Assembly (NCBI GenBank): GCA_013265495.1
Contig: MU058844.1
Coordinates: forward strand, 502,941-566,940
Reading direction: 5' to 3'
Source: Vicugna vicugna
Taxonomy: Eukaryota
Length of the DNA: 64,000 bases
Of this stretch, positions 63,451 to 64,000 are shown one piece after another. Numbering within the stretch: position 1 is the stretch's first letter; each line of letters opens with the position of its first letter. The notes below the pieces were generated by a model that worked only from the letters and a program-made list of their open reading frames with translations, ran no database searches and had not been told where the DNA came from. A program made the translations under genes and the position numbers.

Positions 63451-64000
63451 ATTGTTATGCAGGTAGCCTCTTCCCTTCCCTCCTCCACTTGCCCTTGGTC
63501 AGTTGTCACATGGACTGACAGCAGAGCTGGACACTGCAGTTGTGAGTCCCAACAGCACGCTCCACATACAGACACCTACCCACTGTCAGCACACTAAGCC
63601 CCCCGGACCAGAAGATGTCAAGTCAACTCAAGATTTATCCAGGAGACAAGTTGAGCTTTCTACTTCCTTCCTCGTCACTGCCTTGTCTATTTGCCAAGCG
63701 TAAAGTGGCAAAGCATAAATGTTAAGAAAACAATTTTTGGGAATGAGGTGGGGATTGTGAGCTTAGGTCACCCTGGTGGGATGCTCTTTGTAGACAGCTC
63801 CCCTCTCCCCTCCACCTTCTGTGTGTCCTGGAGGCAGGCAAATTCCCCATGCTGTAGACAGAACTCCCCTGCCATGGTTTTCTGCTCATTTCATGCTCTT
63901 TGACGCTGGTGTGGCTCTGAAGGAGTGGTTGGTAAAGACAAACCACCACTTGTTGTTGGGGGAAGAAAATGAAAAGAAAGAAAAAAAATCTAGGCTTTTA

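Noticed and set aside
1..64000. A novel multi-gene or prokaryote-like system
   Set aside because: No long ORFs, operon structure, CpG island or foreign-composition segment; the window is explained by mammalian repeats and unique non-coding DNA.

Overview
Mammalian genomic DNA, almost certainly camelid (alpaca, vicuna, llama or camel), judged from five copies of a short tRNA-derived SINE that matches the camelid vic-1 type. The window looks intergenic or deep-intronic: I cannot support any protein-coding exon, and the ORF-track entries I could assign are repeat-derived while the rest show no recognisable homology. It is dominated by old interspersed repeats (MIR, L2, L1M, MaLR/ERVL/ERV1 solo LTRs, hAT-Charlie and Tigger MITEs) and microsatellites. 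The more unusual items are a 36-nt U2 snRNA 5' pseudogene, a poly(A)-tailed retrocopy of an LTR 3' end, an orphan mRNA 3'UTR retrocopy inside an MLT2 LTR, a SINE/L1-tail composite, an apparently identical 370-bp tandem duplication in an ancient L1 (recent variant or assembly artefact), and a few repeat-free, motif-rich candidate enhancers. I found no convincing novel biological system. Repeat family names are by eye from remembered consensus sequences, and boundaries without a target-site duplication (TSD) are approximate.
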